Assembly (NCBI GenBank): GCA_028534125.1
Contig: CM052816.1
Span: 59,956,001 to 60,020,000, forward strand
Reading direction: 5' to 3'
DNA: 64,000 nt
From: Lama glama
Taxonomy: Eukaryota
Part shown: positions 14,011-27,320 of the stretch, in pieces
How positions within the stretch are numbered: the stretch's first letter is position 1
Layout: each line of letters begins with the position of its first letter
Notes under the pieces: generated by a model
Told to the model about the DNA's origin: nothing
Database searches by the model: none
Seen by the model: only the letters and a program-made list of their open reading frames with translations
Translations under genes and position numbers: made by a program

Positions 14011-14912
14011 AAAAAAAAAGGAAAAAAAAAGAAATTCCACAACTAAGTATCTATCCTAGAAAAACTTAGACATGTGCACAATAAAATCTATATAAGAATG
14101 AAAAAAAAATACCCTTGGGTCCATCGCAGGCTAAATCAGAGCCACACACAGCCATAGGAACTCAGAAGGAACAAAAACCCTAACACAATAATCTCTTCTC
14201 CTAACTTTCATTGTGAAAATATTAACGAACAAGCCCATCTATCTAACCCAAGGCCAACACCAAACACTGAACCCTTAAACCTGTCTTTAACAGAGATGCA
14301 TTGCTCTCAGTCTACCCAATTGCATCCCCCAAATCTTAAGTCTTCTCAATTGTCTTCCATTAGCTTTCTCCTTTCCACCCCTCCCCACAGTCACTTTGGT
14401 ATTTCAATATACTTGCCCTTTTAGGAACTCAGATCTCATTTTATTGCATGTGGAAACCATGAAAGTAGTTCCAATGTCAAAACAGAACAAGTCATCATCC
14501 TCCAATGTTATTAAAATAGAGAAAGAAGTTGAATGTGAAGATGGCCAAAGAGGTGACCTTGCCAACTCTGCCCAAATTCCCCAGCTACAGGAAATTCTTT
14601 TCCCTCCCAGACTCAAATGAAAAGGTTTTATAATTCAAAATAAGCCAACAGAATGGAAAAGTAAAGGTAAAAGACATGAAAAGTGATTTCCAGACAACAT
14701 GGCCACATTTCTAGAATCAGCAGGTTATAGTTATTGCTTCCATTTCTTCACCCCTGGTTTCTTTATTACCTCTTTGCAGTCAGCTTCCCTCCTTACCACA
14801 CTACTAAAATGGCACCCTTCAGAGTGTCCAGGAGCCCCTTCTTGACAAGCCAAATGGCTTCTTCATTTATTCTTTGTTTTCTGCATTCTCTAGGTGGTCT
14901 TTGCTCTGTTAA

Positions 14913-15400
14913 TATAAGTGAGCAGGACCCTGTGGGACAGACTCTTCCCCCATATCCTCTGCTTTAGCTCCTCTCTGAAGTACCTAGATAACAGTATCTG
15001 ATACACGTTTCCTGAGATATTTTACAGATGCTAAAACCCCCACCAAATGGAAAATGTTAATGACTACTTGATGACCATGAACACACAGCCCCCAGGTCTA
15101 CTGGAACCTAAAGATCGACAGCTTTAACCCCTGTGACAAGGCCCCGTTAATCTCACCATCAGCCAGTCAGAGAACTGTGTCCAAGCTGATCACATTCCCT
15201 GCAATACAACTCCCTCACCTGGCCTTTAAAAATGCTTTCCTGAAACCCATCGGGGGTTTGGGCTTTTTGAGCACTAGCTGTCCTGGATTCCTTGTATGGC
15301 ATCTTACAAGAAACACTGCAGTCTCCTTCACCACAACCCGGTGTCGGTAAATTGGCTTTATTGCCTGTGGGCGGGCAGATCCAAGTTTGGCTTGGTAACA
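14913..15400 (+). mobile_element. ERV1-class solo LTR inserted in an L2 fragment
   Basis: tataagtgagcaggaccc...cttggtaaca; perfect 4-bp TSD TTAA (14909-14912 / 15401-15404); 5' end matches the LTR at 20757-21228. Confidence 0.9.
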
Positions 15401-16279
15401 TTAACTTTCCCATCTTGAAACTCTCCATGCCTTTGATCATACCAGGGTTCTGGTTCTTCCCTGTTTCTCATTGTGCTGCTTCTCTTTTATTCTCTGGGTC
15501 TACCTACAGAACATTCTGCTAATCTCTATCCCACATTTCATTTTGCTATTTTTCCCCTTCCCATTCCCACAATAAAATGGACTCAAAACCTATCTGTCAC
15601 CTTCCCAGTCTACCTGAGAAACAGCCCACTTTTTCTTGGTTGCAAACATAAGGTATTTTCAGAGTTAAGCTCAGAAAAGGCTCTGGAGGAAGGCATGTGA
15701 CACTCTGAATTTTCCTGAGGTTGAAACATTCATAATCTCAGGCTGAATGAAGTCGTCCAAGGAGTCGAAGACCTCTCTGTCAAAGTCTTCCCTACAGTGG
15801 GAGCAAATAACGAATTATTTTTACCTCCATAATTATAGGCCAGATGGCAAGGGTTCAAAGTCCATAGCACAAGGGCCACACACTTAATTTGATTCTCTAA
15901 TAACCAGAATTTTGTTGCTGATCAGACATAAACTAAATTGATATGTAATTAAAAGGATTTTTGCCTACAAGCACTCTGTGAGAACCATCACGTTTATCTA
16001 ATAGAAGGACAATATAATTAAGGAAGTTCTCAATAATAGAATTAGGAACTCACAGAGGGATGCCCTTGCCCACAGTGTATCCTACTTAAACAAGGCATCC
16101 TCCAGAGCCTCTACAGGTCACAAGCCCAGGAAAAAATGCAACGGTCACTGACTGAAAGCTTGATTGATTGATCTGATACAAATGAAGGTAAAATTCCTTG
16201 CTGTCCCAATAAAATACTCATTGAATGTTAATAATACGTATCAATAAATATCACTTTAAGTTTTACAAGGCTCCTTATA

Positions 16280-16510
16280 ATTCATTCATTCAATACATGA
16301 CTTAATTGACTGCTGAACATGTGTAGGCACTGTAGGAAATGTAAAAGTAAGTTAGAAATGGTTCCTCTGGACAAGAACTTGACAACTGAGTAATATGATT
16401 AGATACATATTTAAATAACTACAATATAAGTGGAAAATAAGTGATTCAAGAACTGTCCAGATAAAATACTACATGTTTAGCTTTTTTAATATCAGGATAG
16501 ATTACTTTTA
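16280..16510 (-). mobile_element. L2 3' fragment
   Basis: attcattcattcaatacat...tgtgtaggcactgtagg. Confidence 0.6.
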
Positions 16511-16882
16511 AGAAGAATTTGATCTGTATTACATATTTGAATTCATTCAGTAATTACTTATTACTTGCCCACAAAGTGCAATGATATGAGGGATACAGAG
16601 TGACAAACACAATGACCCAATCACTACATAGCTCAGAGTCTCATCAGGAAAGCACAAATTATACATATCAATAATTTCAATACTGCGAATCACTAAAGTA
16701 ATGTGCCAGTTCTTGTAAATCAACAATATTCTGGCAGTCTTGCTTCCTCCCCAACCCCCATAAGATAACCTTGTGCTTTCCCTTTCCCAGCCAATAGCCC
16801 TGAAATGTGGCCATGGTGTTGAAAATGTCCACCTATGATACAAAAGATCCATTTTTGAGTCACAGACAATATTGCTGATTTT

Positions 16883-17033
16883 CGGGGGGGGGTTGTTTCT
16901 TTGTTTAGGGGAGAGTAATTAAGTTTCTTTTTTAATTTATTTATTATTTTTTAATGGAGATTCTGGGTATTGAATCCAGGACCCCTTGCATGCTAAGCAC
17001 ATGCTCTGCCACTGAGTTATTTATACACTCCTC
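16883..17033 (-). mobile_element. Camelid-type tRNA-derived SINE
   Basis: Reverse strand reads ...aactcagtggcagagcatgtgcttagcatgcaaggggtcctggattcaatacccag (A/B boxes); TSD caatattgctgatttt (16867-16882) / caatattgctgtttt (17034-17048). Confidence 0.92.
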
Positions 17034-17529
17034 CAATATTGCTGTTTTATTTCCCAAGAACCCCATTTCTGCTAAGAAATGAAATTAGGGCAGTCAAATG
17101 TATGTTGGCTATTCAGCTGATCATGAATGTACCCTAAGACTAAATATGAGGTAATGTTCCTCAATTAGGCATGATAATCTTCTTCAGGTAAGCATATTAT
17201 GTGTTTATACCAAGCTCCTCAGCTTGTTAGTGAAAACGGCCTTCTGCTGTGTAGCTGAGATAACTCAGCTGGGACAGAGACCCCAGATGGCAAGAAAAAA
17301 AAAAAAGGTGATTCCTTTTATGCCACATAAGCAAAAGTATTCATAGCCATCCTTGGTAATTCATTCTTTCCAGATATAAAAACAAACTCATTAATAGTTT
17401 TAAATATAACATGGCTCTGTATAAAATGGAGGTTCCTTTATAAAATTCTTATAGTACATTTTCTTAAAAAAAATTCTTATCTTTTTCTGAAAGCCTACAT
17501 GAACTTTAAGAAGTTACAAGCTTATTTCA

Positions 17530-17830
17530 TTTATTCACTGATTTATTCTCTCACTTGTCTGTGTCTTCAGCACACATTTAGCATGGTATGCTAAACACAA
17601 CACATGGAGTTAAAGACAAATACATCACAGCCCCTGCCCTCAAAGTGCCCACACTCCAGTTATTAAAGCACAGAAGAGGGAGTGATTAACACCCAAAGCT
17701 TAACCAGGGCCCTCATGGAGGGTGGGTCTTAAAAGAACAGCGCAGCCTTTACTGGGACCAAGGAGTGGCCATGGTCATGCCAGGCCAAGATAACAGCTGA
17801 AGGGGAAAAGTCTAGATGCTTAAGGGAGAG
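17530..17830 (-). mobile_element. L2 fragment
   Basis: ttattcactgatttattc...cagcccctgccctcaaagtg...ccagttattaaagcacaga. Confidence 0.55.
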
Positions 17831-19813
17831 CAATGAAGAAACTTTTATACTTAGAGCTTGGTTTAATTAAATATTAACATTTAAATATTAATTTTTATCC
17901 TGAGTCTTGGAAGAGTCTAAAAATTAAAAAAAAAATTGACTAGACTTTAAGTGTTTCTAAATAAAGCCCTCCTAGAAGTCCCATCTTCAATCTGAGCTTC
18001 AAATCTTCTAAGACTGCCGTTTATTAAAAGCGTGTCTTCTCTAGAAGGGAAGATAAACTCTAAATCCTAAGAACAAATGTGGAGGAAAAGTCAGATTATA
18101 GTAACAGTTACAAAGTTACCTGAGCAAACATTCAGAATTATCAACAAAACAGACATTTACATAAGAGTAAACAGTATGAATCAGTTACTGGAACAGCTCA
18201 GTTTCTCTTAGAGAGACAGAGACAGAGAGAGAACATTGTCACAGCCATGAAATAATGACCAGTATTTTCCTTATCACTCTTTCATTCCTACATCCTGATA
18301 CCCCTGACAAGTATCATCTGATGGAATTTATATTATTCCACAGTTGAAGTCTACAGGGGTTAAGAATTTGACACAAATACATTAACTCAGGATAGCAAAG
18401 ACGATGTTGGATTTAAGGCCCAGGGCTCAATCTCCCATTCTACTTCCAAAACAGTTCTGGACAACACTTTCAAAAATTAAGCTATAAATCAGAAAGGAAA
18501 TGAACTCTGAGTCACCTCATAACTGATCCAAAACACCTCAATTCAGAGCCACCACACCCTCCAACTTACAGTGACTGAGGGCCAAGAAATCTCAGATTTT
18601 GTATCTTTCATGCTGAAACAGTGATTTTTCTGCTTGGAACTTCAGGGAATTCCCCCTCCCCTCTCTTCTCATCCCTCAAAATGTAGGAAGTGCCCTTTCC
18701 TTCTCTGTCTCTGGGGAAAGAGTAGACTCTTTTGTGGCCATTAATTTTTTTGTATTGTTAGCTCATATTAACTTAGTTTTTATTCTAATTGTACAGTTTG
18801 ATGAATTTTGACACATATATAAATCTGTATAACCATCATCCCTGTCAAGATGTAGAATGTTTTCATCACCTAAGAACTTTCCCTACTTCCCTTCCCAGTC
18901 AGTTTCTGTCCATTCCCAATGGAGACAACAACAGTGGTGATTTCTATCTCCTTAGAATATTTTTGCCTGTACTAAAATTTCATAAAAATGTAGTCACCCA
19001 ATAATGTGTTCTTTTCATGTCTGGCTCCTTTCACTTAGCATGTTTTGGAGATTCATCCATGTTATTAGGTGTATTGGTACTCTGTTCCCTTTTATTGCTG
19101 AGTAGTATCATATAACATGAACGTACCATAACTGTCCATTATCCTGCTGATGGACATTTTGGGCTGTTTTCATTAATAGGCTGTTAATAATAAATCTGCC
19201 ATAAATATACCTTAAGAAATCTTTTTGGGGACAATTGCTTTCATTTTTCTTGGACAGATACTAAAAAGGATCATAGAGCAGGTATATGTTCAACTTTGTA
19301 AAAAAAAAAAAATCTGTTTTAACCTGAAAAATCTTTCTTCTTTGGAGGTTGCAATATTTTACCCTCTTACCAGTAACATACTATTGCTCCACATCCTCAG
19401 CAAAAGTTGTTGCAATAAGTCTTTTTAATTTTAGCCAATTCAGTAGGTATGTAGTGGTATCTCATTGTGGTTTTACTCTGCATCTCCCTGATAACTAATT
19501 GCACTGATCACTTTTTCATATTTATGTAGGCCATTAATATATTTTCCTCTGTGGAGTATCTGTTCAAGTCTTTTGCCTAATTTTTAGTTGGGCTATTTTT
19601 CCTTTTTTATTATTGTCATAGGAATTCTTCACAGATTCTTTTTTAAGAAAGAATATTTTCACTTCTTATTAAATTATTTTAGATTCTTGGGAGCAATCAA
19701 TAGAAATTTTAGTCCAACAACAGTTTTGCTCAGATTTAGTTACAATCTTCAACCCTTGGAGAACAAATGACATTCTTTGCTTTCTATCCATGAAGATAAG
19801 TTATTCCAGAAAG

Positions 19814-20458
19814 TGATGCAGGAAAAAAAAACAGATGTGGGGCTTGAGAAGGGCCGTGTCCCAGGCTTCAGTTGAGCCCCTGGAATGTGATGTGCCCCAC
19901 CAAGTGTGGGTCCTTGGCTTCGTGCAATAAAGAATTCAAGAGCGAGCCACAGCTGAGTAAAGGTAGATTTATTCAGAGAGATACACTGAAAGGCAAGAGA
20001 AAGGCCACAAGGTGTAGGGGTTGGGTGCTCATATTAAAAGTAGGTACACATTCCATAGACAGAATGTGGGCCCTCGCTGAAGAGAGAGAGAGAGAGAGGG
20101 GACCGCGAGGCGCCGTGTTGCTAGTTTTTATGGGCTTGGTGGCTTCATATGCTAGTAAGTGGAAGGACCAGTCTAAGTAGCTTGGGGAAGGAGATGGGAT
20201 TCCCAGGAAGTTGGCCATTTCCCACTCTTTGACCTTTTGTGGCTAGCCTTGGGACTGCCATGATGCATGTGGGCGTGTTATTTACCATGTTAATATATTA
20301 CAATGAGGGTATAATGAAGCTCAAGATCTACTAGAAGTTAAATCTCTTATCACCTTGAGCCTCAAGGCCTACTGGGGGTTGAATCTTGCACCATTTTGAT
20401 GTTAACTGCTGTAGCATTCCTTGAATGGCTGTGCCCTGCCCTCTTTCATCCTGTCTCA
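19814..20458 (-). mobile_element. MER41-like ERV1 solo LTR
   Basis: TG...CA termini (tgatgc...gtctca); perfect TSD AAAG (19810-19813 / 20459-20462); minus-strand aataaa; MER41-like motifs aaagaattcaagagcgag and atgttaatatattacaatgagggtataatga. Confidence 0.85.
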
Positions 20459-20756
20459 AAAGATCCCAGAATCTTTTAGAAAGCATGATGCTGCACATAT
20501 AATCTAACATCTTTATAGATTCTTGATACGAGAACTTGTCATGTTTACGTTTTGTGAATATTTTTTGCCAGCCTATTTATTTGTTATTGATATTTCTGTT
20601 TATGATAACAGATAGGAGTTTGGTTTATGTTTTTTCTGTACGGTATCTAAGTGTGTTCTAGCACCATTTGTTGAAAGCTTTCCCTTCTTCACAGAGTTGC
20701 GGTGGAATATTTGTCAAAAATCAATTGTATAACTCTGATTCTATTTCTGGACTCTG

Positions 20757-21228
20757 TATTATGGAAGGCAAATTCATGTGTCTGATACACCATGACGCCA
20801 AACTGAAATGTTGGAGCCTGGAGCAGAGTAAGGTTTATTGTAAAGCCAAGCAAGGAGGATGGGGTGGCTTATGCCCAAGAAAACCCCAAACTTCCCCAAA
20901 GGGTTTCAGCAAAGCATATTTAAAAGCCATGGGCGGGGGGCGGTCACAGGCACATGATCAGCTAGTGCATGATTCTCTGACTGGTTGATGTTGAGGGAAC
21001 AGGACAATCAACACTATCAATTCCTAGGCACCAGGAGGTCTGAGGGTCACGTGCTCTTGATCATCAAGTAGTTAACTTCTTCCCTTTGGTGGGGTTTTAG
21101 CATCTGAAAAACTCAGGAAATACACTTGAGATACTATTACCCAGGTACTTCTGAGAGGAGCTGCCACAGAGCATAAGGGAGAGGGGTCAGACCCTGCAAA
21201 AGGCCCTCCAGGGTCCTGCTCAGTTACA
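20757..21228 (-). mobile_element. ERV1-class solo LTR related to 14913-15400
   Basis: Reverse strand starts tgtaactgagcaggaccc; perfect TSD TCTG (20753-20756 / 21229-21232); host L1 sequence resumes across the insertion. Confidence 0.9.
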
Positions 21229-24200
21229 TCTGTTTTGTCCCACTGATCCATTTGTCTAACGCACGTCAGCAGCACAGTCTTATTTACTGCAGCTTTATGG
21301 TTCATTTTGAAATCAGGTAATAAAGTTATCCAACTTTGTTCTTCGTTCTATTCTAGGTGCTTCACTTTCCCCATAAACATTAGAATTAGCTTGTCAGTTT
21401 CAACAACAACAAACAACAAAAACCCTGCTGGGATTTTTATTGAGATTGTATTGAATCTATGCATCAATTTGAGGGAAGCTGACATTTTAACAATATGGAT
21501 ATTTTTAGCCTGCATTTCTGCTAAGCTCATTTGTTGGTTCTAGTAATTTTTTTACAGCTTCCATAGGATTTTCTATATGCAAAATCAGTTCACTTATTAA
21601 TAAAGTTTTTTTTATTTCTTCCTTTCCCATCCATGTGATTTTTTTTCTTCCTTGACTGTATTGGTTAGGACCCTAGTACAATGTTGGATAGAAGTAGTGA
21701 GACATTCTTGCCGTGTTTCTGATTTGATGGGGAAAACACTCAGTTGTCCTTCATTTGGTCTGATATTACCTGTCGGTTTCTCATGGATGAATTTTATTAG
21801 ATTGAGTTAGTTTGCTTTAAATCCTAATTTACTAAGAGCTTTTATGGTGAACAGACATTAAATTTGTCTAATATTTTACTCCATCTCGTGAGATAATTAT
21901 ATGATTTTTCCCTTTATTCTGTTAGCATGATGAATTACATTGAATTTTAAACTATAAACCAATCTTGCATTCCTGCTAAACTCTTCTTGGTCATGATTAT
22001 CAATTTTATATTTTACACCTTTATGTATATGTACATATATTATATATAATATCCATGTATATACGCACATATTTTTATATATTTATATACTCAATCTATT
22101 TTTCATTTTCTAAAACAAGAATTTAAATCAATAAATTTCACTCCAATCACTGATTTATCTACATCCCACTCCACTCTCTGGTTTGGTTTTTCATTATCAT
22201 TCAGTTTAAAATATTTTAAAATTTTCTTCATGAGTTCTTCTTTGACCAATTTAGAAATGTACTGTTTAATTTCCATATATTTAAAGATGTTCTAAATTTC
22301 TCCTATGTGTTTATCTGTAGTGTAATTCTATTGTAGTCAGTAAGATTTCAATCTTTTGGAATTTATCAGTAATTTTCTTTGGCTCAGCATATGATCTGTT
22401 TTAATAAATGTTCTGTATACTCTGGGAAAAAATCTTTATCGGGAAGTTGTTAGATGAAGTGGTCTATAAATAGCAATTTGGCTAAGGTAGCTGGTCAAAC
22501 TATACAAACACACCTGTATGATTTGTGTTCTTTGTGCCATTCTTATCATCTACTTTACTTCTACAAAGGTTATCAATCTCAAATTATTAAGAGTATTTTT
22601 TACTTTAGTTATCTTTTAAAGAAGTTAACAAATTAGGGGGGAAATGTAGTTATAGTTAACCAGATACTTATTTTGGGGGCATTCTATATACCTTCAGATA
22701 GATCTATGTTTCCACCTGGTATCATTTCCCTTGGGTCTAAAGAACTACTTTTAACATTTCTGATTAAGTGTCTGCTTTTGTTTGTTTTTAAAGTCAATAC
22801 TTCACCATAATTTCTGAAGGATATTTTCACTGAGTAAAGAATTCTAGGTTGACTATTTTTCTTCTACTAATTTAAAGATGTCATTTCATTGCCTTCTGAC
22901 TTGCATTGTTTTTTATGAAGTTAGTAGTAATTATTAGAAGTGTCCTCCTTTATATATCATTTCTCCTCTAGATAAATGTATATTTCTAATCTTCAAATTT
23001 CAGAAACTTGACTATAGGGTACCTACATGTGATTTTCTTTGTTTACCCTATTTGAGGTTTACAGGTTCTTATACCTGTTGGTTGATATTTTTCAACACAT
23101 TAGGGAAACTTTTGGTCATTATGTCTTCAAACATTTTTCTTCCCCAGTCTCTCCACATTCTTTATGAGACTCCAACCAGATACTATTATATTGTTTGATA
23201 TTATCCCACTAGTAGCTGAGGCTAAGTTCATTTTTTGTTTTTTCTCTTTGTGCTTCAGTTTAGATCATTTCTAGTGCCCTGTCATAGAGTTCAATGATCC
23301 TTCTCCTACAGTTTCTAATCTACTATTAAGTCTACCAGAGAGTTTTTTCCTTCAGAATGTATTTTTTAGGACTTGTGCTTTCATTGATTACTTTTATTAT
23401 TCTTATTTCTCTGCTGAGATTTTTCACCTATTGACACAGTAAGCTCTTTTCTTTTACATCATCTAACGTTTACAGTTTTTTAAATACTGTGTCTAATAAT
23501 TCAAGTATCTATGTCATTTCTGGGTCTGTTTTACTGACTTTTTCTCTTGATTATGGTTTACAATTTTCTGCTTTTTCATTTGTCTAATAATGTTTTCTTG
23601 TTTTTGCATACCGTGAATGGTGCATCAGTGAGAGTCTGGATCTTGTTGTTTTCCCTTAAAACTGGTTAATTGCTTTTTTCTGCGAGGCAGCAAATTGATT
23701 AGTAGATGTGCTTTATCCTTCCAAAAGCTTTACCAAAGGGTTTGCTAGGGCAGGGCTAGTGTAACCCTGACGAGAGCTAAAGTAGCCCACTTTGACACAT
23801 GGTCTTTCTGCCATTTCAGCTAAACATCTAATATGTTCACTGAAGTCTCCTCCTCTGAATTTGAGAAATTCCAACACTCCTAACCCTATACAACCTTCAG
23901 AATATCCATTCAGCTAAGAGCCTTCAGTAACTATTTTCTGCCTAAACTGGCATAGTCTTGCCTGTACAGGCACTCAACTATAGACTCAGAGAAACCTATT
24001 TTCAGTTTATGAAATTCCTTTGCTGTACAGCATCCTACACTCTCATATCCCACCTTCCAAGTTTCAACACCCTACAAACTCTGAAATCTACTTCCTTTGT
24101 GCTAATTTCTGTGTGGACTTCTCTTTAATGTGTTATTAGTGTGAAACTGCCCCCACACATACAGCCAAGGTGAATGTGGAGCTCAACTTTTTAGTTCCCT

Positions 24201-24601
24201 TCTCTAAAAAAATCAGTCCTGTGCTATCTATTCTCCAATGCCTGAAAAAAGTTGCTTCAAATATTTCATACAGTTTTATATTTGTTAATGAAGGAAAGGT
24301 AAGTCTGATAATAATTTCTGTCATGGATAGAACTATAAGACCATTACTGGAAGTTATAAACTTCTCTTATCCCAAGTAGAAGGGATATACATACAGACAC
24401 ATAGACACACACACTTCAACAGCCACCTCTCTACAGAAACTCTTACATATCTAAAACTTCCCAAAGTCTGAAATTTGGGACATACACACTTTCAGTTATG
24501 ATTAAATTACACCCCCCCCAATAGGCATTTACTCATTGCAACACATCTTTCTTTGTTTCAGGAAGACAAAAGGAAGCAAAAAAAATTAACATAAACCATA
24601 C

Positions 24602-24721
24602 CTGGAAAGATGACTTCATATGGCATAGGACTACAGAAGTTTGACCACCTGGATTGTGGTACCCATCTAACTTTTTTCTGATGCACGATTATCAGCTCAA
24701 CATACATGAATCTCTGATAAT
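24602..24721 (-). CDS. Candidate 120-nt symmetric (phase 1-1) coding exon, xYQRFMYVELIIVHQKKVRWVPQSRWSNFCSPMPYEVIFP; gene unidentified
   Basis: Donor CCAG|gtatgg; weak acceptor tttcactttaaag|; length divisible by 3; only one of three frames is open; non-repeat sequence. Confidence 0.35.
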
Positions 24722-26244
24722 CTTTAAAGTGAAATTTAGTCCATTCATTTAGTCAAAGTGCAATTTCTTTGGAGAGTAGAGTCTTTTATAGCTAGAATGT
24801 TCATATAAATTATTATTCAAACTGGGAAGCTTTGACAATTTTAATAACTATCCAAGGACAAAAGTCATATACCAACCATGGCTAGGACATATGGTGTTCA
24901 TGAAGAAGTATTCATAAAATGGTCTCCTGTCTTGAATTGCAAAGATAAGAAAGGAAAGTGGTTCTAACAGGCTTTTAAACTACTTGCATTCTGCATGTTA
25001 TGAGAAAGTCTATTACATACTTTCCTCTTTGAAAAAATAGTGGTCTGAGGAGGTGTACAAATCCACTAGTAAAAAGTGGCCACTTTTCTTTTCTTTAGTA
25101 TACTGTCATGTTTTGAAAGACCACTTCACTTCAAATGCAGGAATTACCCTTGTGTACATGCTGTGCATGTATGTGAGGGGATAGAGTGGGAGAATGAGAG
25201 GTAAGAGAGTGAGGAAGAAAATATATGTTTTGCCATTTTTTTCTTAATAGACTCATTAAGTTGCTTTCATCTTTTCTATCAAAAGTTGGAGATGGGGTGT
25301 TCAGGTCCTATTCAGGCCAATTATATCATTGGTTGCACTGTTTTCATTAAGGGTCCTTGTGTGATGTATCAATGTAAAATTCTTTCTATATTAAAGTTTG
25401 CTTACTTCATTGTGATTAGCAGGAATACGAATCAGCCGAAGACAAAAAGGAAGAAAAGATCACACAGAAACTAAAATAGTCTATTAAAGGAATAATTTTA
25501 TTCTAGTCCTTGAAAAAATATCCAATTGATACCCTTTTCTAAAAAGTCTGCAGTATAAAGCATCCTCAGCCCTCTTCTCTTTAGCCCCTTCATTGTATTT
25601 AACAGTTGTTCTGAACATTTTACAGCTTTGTTTCCATTGATTTAACTGTGCTCAGAAAAAATGACAACAGAATGTTCCCATGCCACTGGGGTGTTAAGGA
25701 GAAAGTATAATAATGTTCTTACAAAAATAAAAACCTTATCTGTCCTGTAGTACTGGCCAAAAAAATTTTTTTTAAAGAGAAATGAACAAACATCTTCTCT
25801 ATTATTTCTTCTTAATTAAATGAGTGAGAAATAGGGAGTATTCTTGGTATGGGTAACATAAGTAAATGATGATGTAAAACTGGCAGATTTCTCACTGATT
25901 TATTTGATGTTATCCATGAATAAGTGACCAGGAGATACTTAAACAGAAAAAAAAAAATTCCTTACGCAGTTTGGGCCAAGGTAGCACTTAATACAGCAAC
26001 AGTGATGCACTGCAATGATAAAGAAGCAGCACTCCTATAAAATTTCCAGAGTTCTGCAGCAGACATTTGCTGGCAGTGCAGCTATGAGAGAGCTGCATCT
26101 CCTTAAGTTCTTGTACTATAAGGATGTATGAATACTAATCAGAACATAAATTATCATAGCTTTATTAAGACAGCTTATGAGGATTCTGAGCTTAAAAAGT
26201 TGAATTTTCAGCAATTAAAAAGAGTGATAAAACATTCTCTTCAG

Positions 26245-26908
26245 ATGAAGATTCCTTTAAAAATTAAAAATACAGTTATCATACGATCCAGCAATCCACT
26301 CCAGGGCATATACTCGGAGAAAACTCTAACTGGAAAAGACACATGCACCCCAATGTTTATAGAAGCACTATTGCAATAGCCAAGACATGAAAGCAACCTA
26401 AATGTCCATTGACAAAGGACTGGCTAAAGAAGCTGTGGTATATTTATACAATGGAATACTACTCAGTCACAAAAAAGAATGAAATAATGCCATTTGCACA
26501 TAGATGGACCTGGAGATCATCATACTATGTGAAGTAAGTGAGACAGAGAAAGACAGTATCATATGATATCACTTACATATGGAATCTTAAAAAAATGATA
26601 CAAATGAACTTCTTTATAAAACAGAAAGAGACTTACAGACATAGAAAACAAAAGTAAGGTTACCAAAGAGGAAAGGGGAAAGGAGAGGGGTAAACTAGGA
26701 GTTTGGGGTTAGCAGATATAAACTACTATATATAAAATAGATAATCAACAAAGTCCTACTGCACAGCACAGGGAACTACATTCAATATCTTATAATAACA
26801 TACAATGAAAAAGAATATAAAAGAAATATATATATGTACTGAATCACCATGCTGTACACCAGAAACTAACACAACACTGTCTGACAACCAAACTTCAATA
26901 AAAATAAA
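26245..26908 (+). mobile_element. 5'-truncated L1 3' end
   Basis: gatccagcaatccactccagggcatata...cagcacagggaactacattcaatatc; TSD attctcttcag (26234-26244 / 26909-26919). Confidence 0.93.
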
Positions 26909-27109
26909 ATTCTCTTCAGTTAGTCTAATAATCGTAGTATGAGAAGGTTATGCATTTGACCTGAATCAGGTACAAACTGAACAAAGCTGGAGGACTGCTC
27001 AGAACCAGAAGATGAAAGAAAAAAATCAAGACTGTACCAAGACCCCTCTTAGCCCCTGATAGATAAATTTTCAACTGTACCTTGTGAGGAGAATTGGTAT
27101 GAAATACAG

Positions 27110-27320
27110 CAACTTCATTCTTCTAACTGCCTGGGCCAAAAACCATAGAGTCATCACTGACCTATATCTTATATCCAATCGACCCGGAAATCCTGTCAGC
27201 TCTGTCTTCAAATATTTACAGAATCTGAATAATTCTTACTATCACTGCTGTTCCTATCCAACTCAAGCTACCACCATTTCTCAACTAGATCACTGCAGTA
27301 GCCTCCTAATTGATCTTGTT
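27110..27320 (+). mobile_element. L2 fragment
   Basis: aaatcctgtcagctctgtcttcaaatat...actgcagtagcctcctaattgatct. Confidence 0.7.

Larger units (their letters stand above)
18740..24310 (-). mobile_element. Long old L1 (L1MC/ME-like), internally deleted and interrupted by two solo LTRs
   Basis: Reverse L1 3'UTR at 18740-19620 (tacagtttgatgaattttgacaca; ggctcctttcacttagcatg); ORF2 remnant 21348-21530 (SASLKLMHRFNTISIKIPAGF); ORF1/5'-like sequence at 22660-24310. Confidence 0.85.

Noticed and set aside
13408..14069. Long ORFs of 179-210 aa
   Set aside because: Artefacts of translating through the N gap.
14396..14620. Overlapping 70-74 aa ORFs with protein-like stretches
   Set aside because: No splice pair, poly(A)/TSD or recognisable parent gene.
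17170..17195. Plus-strand recursive-splice-like motif cttcttcag|gtaagc (a similar one lies near 42975)
   Set aside because: Short pyrimidine tracts, expected by chance, and opposite to the inferred transcription direction.
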